The notes below the pieces were generated by a model. The model was not told the origin of the DNA, ran no database searches, and was given only the letters and a program-made list of their open reading frames with translations. Positions 38,435-48,082 of a stretch of 56,062 nt of DNA are shown here, piece by piece. Origin of the DNA: a virus (lineage: Duplodnaviria; Caudoviricetes). Position 1 is the first letter of the stretch, and each line of letters opens with the position of its first letter. Where the stretch lies: the IMG/VR virus record IMGVR_UViG_3300025676_000023, positions 1 to 56,062 of that record; one strand, 5' to 3'. A program made the translations under genes and the position numbers.

Positions 38435-39174
38435 TTTTTTATTTTCTTTATTCTTTCGATCAACTCAAAAGCTTTCAGGTTAGGAATGTCTTGAATCCCA
38501 CTGAGAGATTCCGCTCCGTCGTACCCTTCGTCTTTTAGCCTTTTCTTAATTTGATCTAGAGATATCCCCTTCTCTTTCATGAGGGAAATCAAAACGTCTT
38601 TAGGGTTAAAGTCTGAAGAAGAGGGCGACTGATTAGAGATGTGCTGTTGCGGGGGGGCAACTCTGGTTCCATTTCCACCAAGCTCTTCTTGGCCAACGAT
38701 ATTGATTCTAAGAAAGTTTCTCACGCATCTAACGAAGGCTCTGTTTTCTGCAATCGGACCAAGGAATACCGAAGCGAAGCCGCTGGTGTTCATGGGAGAA
38801 GCGTCACCCACTGAAGAGAACGTTACGGCTTTACCTTCTGTTTCGAAATTAGGAATCCAATCTATGCTGCAAGTAGCCGCTATGTACTCTGGGCAAGGGG
38901 AAGTCATGGTGTAAGCGACATTCGTATAGCCCCTAACTTGAGCGAGTTCTTTGATTCCCCCAAGCTTTATGATTAATTCGTGATCTTGAAGTTTAGATAC
39001 GTCGTTTTCATTTGTCTTTTGGCGATTGGCGTATAAGAATTCTGGCTTTACCATCTTTCGCCAATCTACGAAGCCATCTTCATTGAAGATGTAGTCAACC
39101 TTGGGCTGTCTTATCAAGCCGTCTGTGTCGCGTTCTACTCTGACTATGGATGAAGATAAACGTTTCTTTGTCAT
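38431..39174 (-). CDS. Rad52/Sak-like single-strand annealing protein
   Basis: 'GDAS...IAENRAFVRCVRNFLRINIVGQEEL' resembles the Rad52/Erf-type AExRAxxRxxR...EE motif. Confidence 0.5.
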   Translation of the reverse strand: MTKKRLSSSIVRVERDTDGLIRQPKVDYIFNEDGFVDWRKMVKPEFLYANRQKTNENDVSKLQDHELIIKLGGIKELAQVRGYTNVAYTMTSPCPEYIAATCSIDWIPNFETEGKAVTFSSVGDASPMNTSGFASVFLGPIAENRAFVRCVRNFLRINIVGQEELGGNGTRVAPPQQHISNQSPSSSDFNPKDVLISLMKEKGISLDQIKKRLKDEGYDGAESLSGIQDIPNLKAFELIERIKKIKN

Positions 39175-39180
39175 GCCCCT

Positions 39181-39210
39181 ATTATGCGCTACACTTGCGC
39201 CTTAGTCAAG
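39181..39210 (-). promoter_or_regulatory. Sigma70-type promoter TTGACT-N17-CATAAT with overlapping palindrome; apparently leaderless
   Basis: Exact 17-nt spacer; ATG 6 nt after the -10 box. Confidence 0.75.
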
Positions 39211-40389
39211 CTTTTTAACTACGTAAGTTTCATCTAAGAAGTCCCAAAAATCTTCATTTTCAACGATTGGGGTAAAAGAGAAGTCGTTGATATTTTCCAT
39301 GTGAACTCCAGCTTTGACATTTGATACGCTATTGTAGCACTGGCCGTCTTTCAGTATTTTCTTTCTAGTTTTATAAAAGTAATTCGAAAGGTCTTGATCT
39401 TTGAGTTTTTTGAGACCTTCTTCGTCTACGTACTTTTTGAAGATAAAACTATAATCAAGATAGTCCATTTTTATATCATTCAGCTCTTCATCTTCCAGCT
39501 TAGTCATGAGGGTGTACTTTATGCCGTTTGTGTGCATGAATTTAACAAAATCTGGATCATGGTCTTTGCCTAAATAATAAACTAAATTTTGTATTCTTTG
39601 TCTCTGGTTCTTGATTATGACTCTATCAAGTGCTTTCTCCGTGCATACGACACATACCATTTGATTGAGTTGCTGGGAAAGCATTTCCTCATCGAAATGT
39701 AAATCCATCCTCACGATTAACGGGTGATTGCCTAGGGGGTTATTGTTCAGTTTAGCTACGGATGTGGGTATGTTTTGGACGTTAATGTCTGGATAATTTT
39801 TCCCTATATGAACCCTTTCGTATGGGACTTTGTAGTCAACCCCCAGCAAATCAAACACAGACTGCGCGACCTTTTCTGCGGAAATCTCATTAATCGTTTT
39901 AGGGTCTTCGTTCAAAGCGAAGCTAGGCTTAACCCCGTCCCTGTTCGGCTCGTGAAGAACTACGTCTTTAGGGTCAGACCAATAAGGACCGCTAGAGCGT
40001 GTCCATTGATTACAGTATAAGCCTACTATTTTTTTGCCGTAAGAAGAGGCCATGTGAACCCCAACGCTATCCACCCCTAGGTGGAGCATTGAGCCTTTAA
40101 TTAAATACGCCGTCTGGGATAACGTGGTTGCCCCGTGAGTATGTAAGCAGCCGTCAATGGCCCTATCTTTAGCAAGACCTAATTGGACTATTTTTATCCC
40201 TCTTTTGTCTAGCTCTGGCTTTAGGTAGAAAATTACCTCGTCCCAATAATCATAATCTCTAACGTCTGCGCCTCCAGACGGCTGGAGGGTAATGTAATGA
40301 TTTTGATTCAGGGGGAAGTATGAATCATAAATCCAAGGCTTATCTATTTGTAAACCGCAATGCGTTGCGTAAGACTCAATTATGTGCAT
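39202..40389 (-). CDS. GT9 (heptosyltransferase-like) C-terminal half plus an extension
   Basis: 'RDYDYWDEV', 'IVQLG', 'LHLGVDSVGVHMASSYGKKIVGLY'. Confidence 0.75.
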   Translation of the reverse strand: MHIIESYATHCGLQIDKPWIYDSYFPLNQNHYITLQPSGGADVRDYDYWDEVIFYLKPELDKRGIKIVQLGLAKDRAIDGCLHTHGATTLSQTAYLIKGSMLHLGVDSVGVHMASSYGKKIVGLYCNQWTRSSGPYWSDPKDVVLHEPNRDGVKPSFALNEDPKTINEISAEKVAQSVFDLLGVDYKVPYERVHIGKNYPDINVQNIPTSVAKLNNNPLGNHPLIVRMDLHFDEEMLSQQLNQMVCVVCTEKALDRVIIKNQRQRIQNLVYYLGKDHDPDFVKFMHTNGIKYTLMTKLEDEELNDIKMDYLDYSFIFKKYVDEEGLKKLKDQDLSNYFYKTRKKILKDGQCYNSVSNVKAGVHMENINDFSFTPIVENEDFWDFLDETYVVKKLD

Positions 40390-42298
40390 ATTTTAAATCC
40401 TTGTAAACAATTACATCCTTACCGTTGTGTTGGTAAGATTGATACTTCTGAGTGGTGATGAAAGGTATGAAAGATATTTCAAAGTACCCTTTGTTTTTGG
40501 AAGAGCCCTCTGTGAAGTAATGACTCTCAAATTTTTCAGAGAAAGGTATTACCTTATAAACGTGAGGGTTTCCGTCTAAAATATTCATGAACTCTGGGGA
40601 AGTGGCTACGTATAAATTATGATCTGGGTAAGTTTCTTTTATAGACCTAAAAAGACTTGTAGACAAAAATATATCTCCCGCGCTTTTGGGCATTGAAAAT
40701 AAAATCCTTTTGCCCTCGTCGTCTTCGCTTAAAAGATCGTCTAGGGTTGTATTTTGGGCAGTCTCTTTCGAGGCCACTTGCCTGAAGTATTGTTCTATCT
40801 TTTCTCTGGGAGCGCCCTTCTCCCGCTCTTTCATCCAGTGCTTAAAGCCGTCGTCCTGATCATTCATGCTTTCGTAGTTTAGGATATTGGAGTACATATG
40901 CAAAATCCAATCGGCGTCACTTTCGATTACTGGCATTACATAGTTAGGGTTGCCTTTTCTGCCTTCGAAATTAAAATCGTAGTTTACATCAGCAGCGTTA
41001 TCTATGAAGGCTTCAATTTTTTTACCAACGGCCTCTATTGAAAAATTATCTACAGTCCACTTTCTCGCGGCTTTGCCCATCTTGTCTTTTGCTTCGGGCT
41101 TCATTTTCAAAACTTTCCCCAGCTGTCTGCATATTGAAGTCGGGCTGGTGGAAGCTTTAATGAACTCCGTGCCGTGCTCTCTGTACTCAGACCATTTTAG
41201 GGGTAATGAATTAGCTTCGGGTGAGCACATTTCTTCTCCGCAGCTATAATTGGTAACCAGCGTAATTAACTCTGTTAGCTTCGCCTCTTGGATGGGCATT
41301 TCCTGACCACCGCTAGTGAAGGGGTGGCAGTAAACGTCCATAAGGTTGTAGATTTCATTTAACTGCTCTTCGGTTACTCCGTGTCCAACATTCGTCGTGC
41401 CAGAGGACTTTTCGGCTTTACAGAAAGGGCAGTCTAATTCCTGCCCGTGAAACTGCTGTATCGCGTATTTATTGCAAGCCTTACAAATGTAAGTCGTCAA
41501 AATGTCTTCGTCCTGTAAGTCGTACTCTCTCGCTAGCTTGGGGATGTTCCACCCTTCGCCATAGTGAGTGTGAAGTAGCAGTTTGGTTTTTAGCTTTGGA
41601 TTTTTCTTTTTTAACTCCTTGAATCCTTCCAGAAGATTAGGCACACTTTTTCTTAGCTGATTTCTAAATACAAAGCCGACAATAAAGGTGTCATTTGGAA
41701 TGCCTTGCATGTTTCTCAGCGTGGCCCTCTTGCTGTCGCTCACTTTGAAGAACACATTCGCGTCTACTGCTCCATGAACGGTTTGGACATGATCATGCCC
41801 AAGCTTTTTCATTTCTTTTTCCGCGAAGCTGCTCCATACCCAGAAGTTGTCAGTTTTTTTAGCCGCCTCAAGGGCGCTTGGCAAAATAGGCAAAGAGTCT
41901 AAGGTCGTCCAAAGAACCGAACTAATCTTCTTAAACCAAGGCTTTCCGATTGCAAAATCTATACCCCAAATATCTTGAGCCGCAATATATATATCAGGCT
42001 TCTCTTCTTTCATTACCCTATCTAAATAATACTCTCCGTAGGAAGCCCTTTTAGCTAAGTTGGGGTCTTTGTTGATTTGTTCTAGTTCAGCTTGATCATC
42101 GGGCAAAGAGCCCACGGATTTCCACGGCAACATTTTATGTTGAAGGGCGGAGTAGGGCGTTCCACAGCAATAGTGGACCAGCTCATACTTGTCGGTTTTA
42201 TATAAATAAGAAAGCAGGGCTTTAGCGTTTCTGCCAAAGCCTGTTTTTCCTAACGCGAAATCTGTTTGAAGTAGTACCTTTTTTTTCTTCATCACCAT
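40376..42298 (-). CDS. GT4-type glycosyltransferase with a Zn-ribbon insertion, fused to a GT9 N-terminal domain
   Basis: 'TGFGR', 'RNQLRK', 'LNEIYNLMDVYCHPFTSGGQEMPIQEA', CKAC/CPFC; C-terminal 'SAGDIFLSTSLFRSIKETYP...LDGNPHV'. Confidence 0.8.
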   Translation of the reverse strand: MVMKKKKVLLQTDFALGKTGFGRNAKALLSYLYKTDKYELVHYCCGTPYSALQHKMLPWKSVGSLPDDQAELEQINKDPNLAKRASYGEYYLDRVMKEEKPDIYIAAQDIWGIDFAIGKPWFKKISSVLWTTLDSLPILPSALEAAKKTDNFWVWSSFAEKEMKKLGHDHVQTVHGAVDANVFFKVSDSKRATLRNMQGIPNDTFIVGFVFRNQLRKSVPNLLEGFKELKKKNPKLKTKLLLHTHYGEGWNIPKLAREYDLQDEDILTTYICKACNKYAIQQFHGQELDCPFCKAEKSSGTTNVGHGVTEEQLNEIYNLMDVYCHPFTSGGQEMPIQEAKLTELITLVTNYSCGEEMCSPEANSLPLKWSEYREHGTEFIKASTSPTSICRQLGKVLKMKPEAKDKMGKAARKWTVDNFSIEAVGKKIEAFIDNAADVNYDFNFEGRKGNPNYVMPVIESDADWILHMYSNILNYESMNDQDDGFKHWMKEREKGAPREKIEQYFRQVASKETAQNTTLDDLLSEDDEGKRILFSMPKSAGDIFLSTSLFRSIKETYPDHNLYVATSPEFMNILDGNPHVYKVIPFSEKFESHYFTEGSSKNKGYFEISFIPFITTQKYQSYQHNGKDVIVYKDLKYAHN

Positions 42299-42810
42299 TC
42301 CATGTCGTCATCTGATTGCTCCTTCGGAGTGCTCTTCGTGGGGGCTTCTTTCTCAAACTTATTGTGATACTCTGAGTCGGTAATTTTCCAATGACCCTGA
42401 AGTAAGTACCTTAAGTGCTCAAGCAGGAGCATTGCTTCGCCGCCGTCAAGCGTAACGAAAAATGACAATTTGTTCGTGGAATCATCTTTAGCCGTGACTG
42501 TGGCTGACCAAGTATAGCTGCCAGCATATTCGCCCGTGGAGGCCGAGAGAGCGAAGCCAACAACCTGCTTCGCGCTTTGATGATAGCCTTTCGCTTCGCC
42601 TTTTCTCAAGATCGCGTTTATGAAGTCTCCGAACTCTTTTGCGCTAAATTTGATTATAGCCTTTTTGTTTTGATCGAATTTTCCCTGTCTTCTTTTCTCA
42701 TCCCAAGAAGCCTGTTTAATAAACGTCCCAAAGAACTCGCCTTTGTCGTTCATGTAAAACGAACAAGCTGCCCCGCTAACTTTGGCGTTGGGTTTATAGA
42801 AGTTAATCAT
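42292..42810 (-). CDS. Putative ssDNA-binding protein (Whirly/PC4-like) with an acidic tail
   Basis: beta-beta-beta-alpha duplicated pattern; C-terminus 'SDDDMEW'; directly downstream of dnaE. Confidence 0.45.
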   Translation of the reverse strand: MINFYKPNAKVSGAACSFYMNDKGEFFGTFIKQASWDEKRRQGKFDQNKKAIIKFSAKEFGDFINAILRKGEAKGYHQSAKQVVGFALSASTGEYAGSYTWSATVTAKDDSTNKLSFFVTLDGGEAMLLLEHLRYLLQGHWKITDSEYHNKFEKEAPTKSTPKEQSDDDMEW

Positions 42811-42816
42811 ACTGAT

Positions 42817-42845
42817 ATATTAATGGGTTGAGGTCAATTTGTCAA
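42817..42845 (-). promoter_or_regulatory. Sigma70-type promoter TTGACA-N17-TAATAT; apparently leaderless
   Basis: Perfect -35 overlapping the dnaE TGA; ATG 6 nt after the -10 box. Confidence 0.7.
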
Positions 42846-45391
42846 TTTTTAAGTTCTGACAATTTGGTATATACCTTGTTGTCTTGAATCGAAATTAAGT
42901 CAGCGAATACCACGCCGTCAGCCTTTGACCCCTTAACTATTACGATGTTCTTTTTCTGAGGAAGCGAGCCGTTCATGGCCTCACAATCTTCCATTTTTTT
43001 CGAAAAGATCATAACTGGCGTTGTTCCGCTTTCGTCAGAAATAATGGCCTTAAGGTAGCTGTTTCCGTTCTTTGAGCGGCCCCGCCACTGATCGTCCACC
43101 TGACCTACGAAAACGGCCTTAGAACGAGCCTCAAGAGCGTTAACGGTACGCACAGACATCAGATTAGACCTCTTTTCTGCGAAGATGTCTTTGAGGTCTT
43201 TGTTGTAAGTGTATCCCAAGAGCATTTTCTCGTAGTACCAGTTGGCGAAGCTTTCTGATTGGCTGTTTTTGGTATAAATTTCAAGATATGGCACGTATTT
43301 TTTCTTTATGGTTCCGTACCTAGACTCCTTAATTACCACCTTACCTTTCTCGTTTTTGAATTCGCGTAGGTACTTTATTATCTCAACTAGGTCATAATCA
43401 AATTTTTTGGCAAAATGTGATGCGTATTTCTTTTCGGTGACAGTTAAGATGTGCCACAACTGAGCTTCTAGAACCACCTTGCTCCTAGACTGCTTGAACC
43501 CCTCCAAAGACCCCGCTTGGATCAGAGCAGACAAAACCCCAATATTTAATTTCGCCTCGCTGGCGGCACGAAAGATTTCAAATTTGTCTGAAAATTCATT
43601 TTTAAAGTTATTTATCTTTTCGACTGCTTTATCAGAGATGCCTTTGATTGACAATAAACCAAACCGAATGTCTTTGCCTTCAATGGAAAAGTCCATTTTA
43701 GACTTAGTTAAGTGGGGAGGCAGGAGCTTGATGTCGAACAAGTCCATCTCTTTGTGAATCTTTGAGATTTCACTAATGGGATCAGGTTCGTGACGGCTCA
43801 TCTTGAGAAGGCTTAAAAAGAACTGTTGCGGATACTTAAATTTAAGATAGACCGTCGAAGCCGCTAAGGCTGCGTAACTAACGCTATGGCTTTTGTTGAA
43901 GGAGTAGTTCGCCGAGTCCTCTAAAATTTGCCACAAAATATCTGATACTTCTGAGGGGATATTGTTTTCTTTTACCTTGTCTTTAATTTTCTTTTTCCAT
44001 TTACGAACTTCTGATCTCTTTTTCTTGCCGACGATACGACGCAGGATTTCCGCTTCGTCAAGCGAGAACCCAATTTTGTGAGCCATTTTCATCAACTGCT
44101 CTTGGTACAAAGCGACCCCGCCAGTCTCTTTAAGAATGTCATCAAAGAACGGGTGGATAACTTCGTAAACATCATTGTTGGTATAGTTGGCGTACTGATC
44201 CGTAAACTGCATCGCGCCTGGTCTGGCTAGGGCTAGTACGGCGCTCAACTCCTCAAGGTCTTTTGGTTTTACCTTTTGGCAAACTTTGTAGTTTGTGTCG
44301 GCTTCAATCTGAAAGGCTCCGTGGGGAGTTTGCAAGTCTTGAAGCTCTCTGTAGATAGATTGGTCATTGAGGTCAATGTCTGTGACTTTAATGCCCACCT
44401 GTTTACAGACATCATCTACGACAGACACGCTCCTTAATCCAAGCAAGTCCAACTTTACATTAAATATAGAAATCCAGTTCATGTCGTACGACGATACGCC
44501 AGCATCTTTTGCAGATGTCAATTCTGCTGGGCAAGTGTCTTCCATGTTGTCATATGAAACGGAAATTGCGGAAGGGTGGACACCTTTGTTTTTTACGAGA
44601 CCTCTCAGCTTCAGGGCCACTTCATAAGCCTCTTTGTTTTCGTCGCACCATTCGCGGAACTTTTCTTCTTGTCCGTAGGCTTCTTCGATATCCATCACTT
44701 GGCCGTATGTTTTCGGTATCAATCCTGACACCTCGTTCATTTCGGTTTCTTTTTTCTCGGCTACGATTTTGCCGCACTCTTTCATTAAGAGTTTTCCACT
44801 CAAGGTATTAAAGGTTATAATCTTTGACGTTTTACCTTCGAACTTTTCATCGAGGTACTTGATAACTTCCTGCCTCCTGTAGTAGCAAATGTCTAAATCT
44901 ACATCACACATCAGAGAGCCATCGAGGTAGGTTACGCCATCTACCACTTTTTTCTTCGCCCTGATCTTGGAAATAAATCTCTCGAAATATAAGTCGTGCT
45001 CAATTGAGTCTATCCCTGTGACATCAATTAAGAATAGGACAATACTGCCAGCAGCAGAGCCTCGCCCTAGCCCAGTAGGGATGTCGTTTTCTTTGCAGTA
45101 ATTTACAACGTCCCAAACTAGAAGCACGTAGTCAACGAAGCCCAAGTCTTTTAGGGTTTCTAATTCGTATTTAATTCTGGTGACGTATTTTTCGTGAATT
45201 TCTGATTTTTTATCTAAGTTAAGGTCTGCAAAGCCGTTTAGGCAAAGCTTTCTGAGGAAGTCATAGTTACTGCAATCCTCGCTGACTTTTGCTTTATGCT
45301 TGAGCTCTTTGCTGATCTCGAATTGGGGCAAGCGAACGCCGTGAATCTCTAAATCGTAATTTTCAAATTTATTGGTAAACTTTTCCATCAT
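42842..45391 (-). CDS. dnaE: DNA polymerase III alpha catalytic part, lacking the N-terminal PHP domain
   Basis: 'GRGSAAGS', 'LYFERF', 'DVDLD', 'KLDLLGL', 'YQEQLM', 'YSFNKSHS', C-terminal OB fold. Confidence 0.95.
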   Translation of the reverse strand: MMEKFTNKFENYDLEIHGVRLPQFEISKELKHKAKVSEDCSNYDFLRKLCLNGFADLNLDKKSEIHEKYVTRIKYELETLKDLGFVDYVLLVWDVVNYCKENDIPTGLGRGSAAGSIVLFLIDVTGIDSIEHDLYFERFISKIRAKKKVVDGVTYLDGSLMCDVDLDICYYRRQEVIKYLDEKFEGKTSKIITFNTLSGKLLMKECGKIVAEKKETEMNEVSGLIPKTYGQVMDIEEAYGQEEKFREWCDENKEAYEVALKLRGLVKNKGVHPSAISVSYDNMEDTCPAELTSAKDAGVSSYDMNWISIFNVKLDLLGLRSVSVVDDVCKQVGIKVTDIDLNDQSIYRELQDLQTPHGAFQIEADTNYKVCQKVKPKDLEELSAVLALARPGAMQFTDQYANYTNNDVYEVIHPFFDDILKETGGVALYQEQLMKMAHKIGFSLDEAEILRRIVGKKKRSEVRKWKKKIKDKVKENNIPSEVSDILWQILEDSANYSFNKSHSVSYAALAASTVYLKFKYPQQFFLSLLKMSRHEPDPISEISKIHKEMDLFDIKLLPPHLTKSKMDFSIEGKDIRFGLLSIKGISDKAVEKINNFKNEFSDKFEIFRAASEAKLNIGVLSALIQAGSLEGFKQSRSKVVLEAQLWHILTVTEKKYASHFAKKFDYDLVEIIKYLREFKNEKGKVVIKESRYGTIKKKYVPYLEIYTKNSQSESFANWYYEKMLLGYTYNKDLKDIFAEKRSNLMSVRTVNALEARSKAVFVGQVDDQWRGRSKNGNSYLKAIISDESGTTPVMIFSKKMEDCEAMNGSLPQKKNIVIVKGSKADGVVFADLISIQDNKVYTKLSELKN

Positions 45392-46026
45392 ACGTCAATC
45401 TGCCATTTTAACTTATTCCAAACTTCGATATTTAACATTAAGTCATTAACCGCATCGTGCAAGTTATCATAATCAACGTCTATGTCAAACTCTTTACCAA
45501 GGGCGGTGAGGTTTGTTCTGATGCCCTTTTGTCTTTTGTGGTAAGTCATGTATTGATACTCCATCAAGTCATCGCCGTTCTTGAAGGGGATACCCATTTT
45601 AATACCCTTGGCTAAGGCGTTCGTATCTATGAGTTTTGGGTACAAGTGCTCTGCGGATTTTCCCATGTATTTATAATAATCTTTAATTAAGTAAATATCG
45701 AAACCTAAAGTGTTGTGGCCCATTATGTAATCTGCATCATCCAACCAGTCTTCAATCGTGGCAAAAATCTCTTCGGGCTTGACTCCAAGTTTATCAATCT
45801 TCTTTTGGTTGTACCTTGTGATTCGGGCCGCGTCTTCACTAATTTTCAGTTCTGTGTCCCACTTAATAAATATATCTTTTTGGTCTACGATCTTTGATCC
45901 GACAAGCTTAATCATGCCTATCTGCCAAGGAAGATTATGGCAAGAGTTGAGGCACAGATTCAAGGTCTCACAGTCAATAAAAACGTAAGTCTTTTTCTTG
46001 TCAAATCTAAGTAGGTGCTCGTCCAT
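45388..46026 (-). CDS. DEDDh 3'-5' exonuclease (epsilon/DnaQ-like)
   Basis: ExoI 'FIDCET', ExoII 'GHNTLGFD', ExoIII 'HDAVND'. Confidence 0.9.
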   Translation of the reverse strand: MDEHLLRFDKKKTYVFIDCETLNLCLNSCHNLPWQIGMIKLVGSKIVDQKDIFIKWDTELKISEDAARITRYNQKKIDKLGVKPEEIFATIEDWLDDADYIMGHNTLGFDIYLIKDYYKYMGKSAEHLYPKLIDTNALAKGIKMGIPFKNGDDLMEYQYMTYHKRQKGIRTNLTALGKEFDIDVDYDNLHDAVNDLMLNIEVWNKLKWQIDV

Positions 46027-46391
46027 TATCTGTATACCCTGTGGCTATCCGAGTCTCTGTGGAAGGTGCTTGCCTCAATTAATTTAACGTTTCCGTTTTT
46101 TGCAATCAACTTATGCGGTCTGCTTCTGGGCATCTCCATGCATCCACCAGCCCCAATGATTGTTGTGTTAACAATGCCTTCTTCCGTTTCGATCCAGTCA
46201 ACCTGAAGAGTGCCCTCTAAGACGTAGAAGGTCTCATGCTTGTCTGCGTGGTAATGCATCGAGGTACTTTGGCCGTCTAAGATGGTGAGAACCTTACCGC
46301 AGTAATTGTGGAAAGAATTATTTGCAAACCACTCTTCTTTGCCCCAAGTTTTGGCGACCATCTTGACTTTGGATATCATACCTGATCTCAT
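46026..46391 (-). CDS. Cupin, sugar isomerase/mannose-6-phosphate isomerase-like
   Basis: 'KTWGKEEW', 'SMHYHADKHETFYV', 'PH', 'EAST'. Confidence 0.8.
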   Translation of the reverse strand: MRSGMISKVKMVAKTWGKEEWFANNSFHNYCGKVLTILDGQSTSMHYHADKHETFYVLEGTLQVDWIETEEGIVNTTIIGAGGCMEMPRSRPHKLIAKNGNVKLIEASTFHRDSDSHRVYR

Positions 46392-46397
46392 GAGTCT

Positions 46398-46427
46398 ATA
46401 GTAAACTATCCTTGAGTCGGGGTCAAG
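46398..46427 (-). promoter_or_regulatory. Sigma70-type promoter TTGACC-N17-TACTAT with palindrome; apparently leaderless
   Basis: 17-nt spacer; ATG 6 nt downstream; CTTGA-N7-TCAAG. Confidence 0.7.
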
Positions 46428-47337
46428 CTATCAAATGCTTAAATTTATCTTGATTGTCAACAAGGTAAGCGGGGTGGTTTTCGTAATTTATTTCAATCTT
46501 TTTGGTCATATCGCCGAAGTCGCTCTTCACTCTCTCCAAGGCTTTTTCTGGCGTATCCATATCGCGGTATCTATTGTCCTCTCCGTGTCGTAAATCTTTT
46601 GAGTGAGCCCAGCTACTGTATTTTTGATGTATCATTTTCCCGCTGCCGTCATCCATGCACGAAAAGTGCCACCCCATATCCCCCCCCAAACAGGGGTGAG
46701 TGCTTGCATTCAAACTCCTAGCTACGGCTGGGCATACATTCAAAAGGGTGCTGTACTCAGAAACTTGACCGCAACATTGGACATTACAAAATAAGTTCAA
46801 TTTGTAGAAAAAAAACTTCATATACAATCCAAATATCGGCCTTACAAGTTGCCCACTGGGGAGAGAATAGCCCCCTAACTGAAAAAGTTTTTCCTTATCT
46901 TTAAAGCGGGCCTTTAAGTTCTTAAAGCCTAAGTCTGAAACTATTTCGTCAACTGGGGAAATTAGCACAACGTCTTCTAGCTGCGCGCCGTGTTTCCCCA
47001 AGAGACTTACGAGATGGTTGCCTTGCAAATGGTCTCTCACCCAATCGGGAGAGTATTGACTTGGGCGTTCCGCGCCTAAGTAGCTTTGGGCTTGTGGATC
47101 AAGATTAGGAATTTTATCTAGCAACTCGTCAACAGTGTCTATCGTCTCATAGGTTAGTTTTGAAGAGTATTTCTTAAATCTTTCTTTATCGAAGTTAAAA
47201 GGCTTTGGGTCGCCTGTGTGAGTTTGACCAGCCTCTAAGACGATAAACTTATCGACATGATCCCAATGTTGATTAACCCTGAGTTCCAGTAGGTCATTTT
47301 CATTCAAAAAATTACAGCAATCAAATACTTTACTCAC
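46423..47337 (-). CDS. GT17 family glycosyltransferase (beta-1,4-GlcNAc transferase-like)
   Basis: 'FLNENDLLELR', 'VDKFIVLEA..TH.G.PK', 'ISPVDEI', 'GWHFS'; likely GTG start at 47337. Confidence 0.8.
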   Translation of the reverse strand: MSKVFDCCNFLNENDLLELRVNQHWDHVDKFIVLEAGQTHTGDPKPFNFDKERFKKYSSKLTYETIDTVDELLDKIPNLDPQAQSYLGAERPSQYSPDWVRDHLQGNHLVSLLGKHGAQLEDVVLISPVDEIVSDLGFKNLKARFKDKEKLFQLGGYSLPSGQLVRPIFGLYMKFFFYKLNLFCNVQCCGQVSEYSTLLNVCPAVARSLNASTHPCLGGDMGWHFSCMDDGSGKMIHQKYSSWAHSKDLRHGEDNRYRDMDTPEKALERVKSDFGDMTKKIEINYENHPAYLVDNQDKFKHLIA

Positions 47338-48082
47338 TGCTTTCTCCCCAGCTTTCCAAGCAGAACTCATTACTGGTCATGTGGTCAAGGTTAGGCTTGT
47401 CTAGCGTTGTCCTGTTGTTGATGCACCTAAAAGTTAAGAAGGCTTTAAAGTCTTCCTTTTTATCGTAGAAAACGCTTTTGACATTGATGCATTTATTTTT
47501 CTCGCAGAACTCCTTTACTCGGTTTCGAATGAGATAATTAAACGGCACATCATTGTCTTCAACCGCGAAGAGCGGATCACAGAAGCTAAGGTCTGGGGTG
47601 CAAATTGTGCCGTGAAGAGTATTCTTATGCAAGAACGAGTCGTAAAAGGGTACTACTAGAGATAGGTCTTTGTCGTTCCAGAAGCCCTTTAATGATCTAT
47701 AATCAATTCTGGGAACGTAATAGAATCCTTCTTGGGCGGCTTTAGTATATATTTTAATAAGCCTTTTATACCCAGCTTTGTTATTGGCAAAGATAATCAG
47801 CTTAGAGGTCTTGTTAATCTCTTCTTCGTTTTTCTCTTCCATGTTGTCGCAAACACTTATCCTCAATCCAAACCTGAAGTTGAGGCCAGCTTTTTGGCTG
47901 TTTAAGTATCCTTGCAGAAAACCGCTCATGGAATCGTCAACTAGATGCAGGTCTTTGATGTCGTTCTTTTTGCACAAGTCAATGATCGACCTTGGGCCAT
48001 TCTCTATGGACTCACCCTCTTCTTGCAGGGTGAGAATGGACTTGCCTATCGAATAGTGAGATTTAAAAAACGGAATAGTCAT
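47330..48082 (-). CDS. Stand-alone PHP domain of DNA polymerase III alpha
   Basis: 'KSHYSIGKS', 'LIIFANNKAGYKRLIKI', 'GFYYVPRID' match the DnaE N-terminus. Confidence 0.85.
   Translation of the reverse strand: MTIPFFKSHYSIGKSILTLQEEGESIENGPRSIIDLCKKNDIKDLHLVDDSMSGFLQGYLNSQKAGLNFRFGLRISVCDNMEEKNEEEINKTSKLIIFANNKAGYKRLIKIYTKAAQEGFYYVPRIDYRSLKGFWNDKDLSLVVPFYDSFLHKNTLHGTICTPDLSFCDPLFAVEDNDVPFNYLIRNRVKEFCEKNKCINVKSVFYDKKEDFKAFLTFRCINNRTTLDKPNLDHMTSNEFCLESWGESSE

Noticed and set aside
42842-48082. Split intein or intron joining the dnaE parts
   Set aside because: No intein C-terminal HN/C motif or intron-like non-coding sequence; intervening DNA is ordinary genes.
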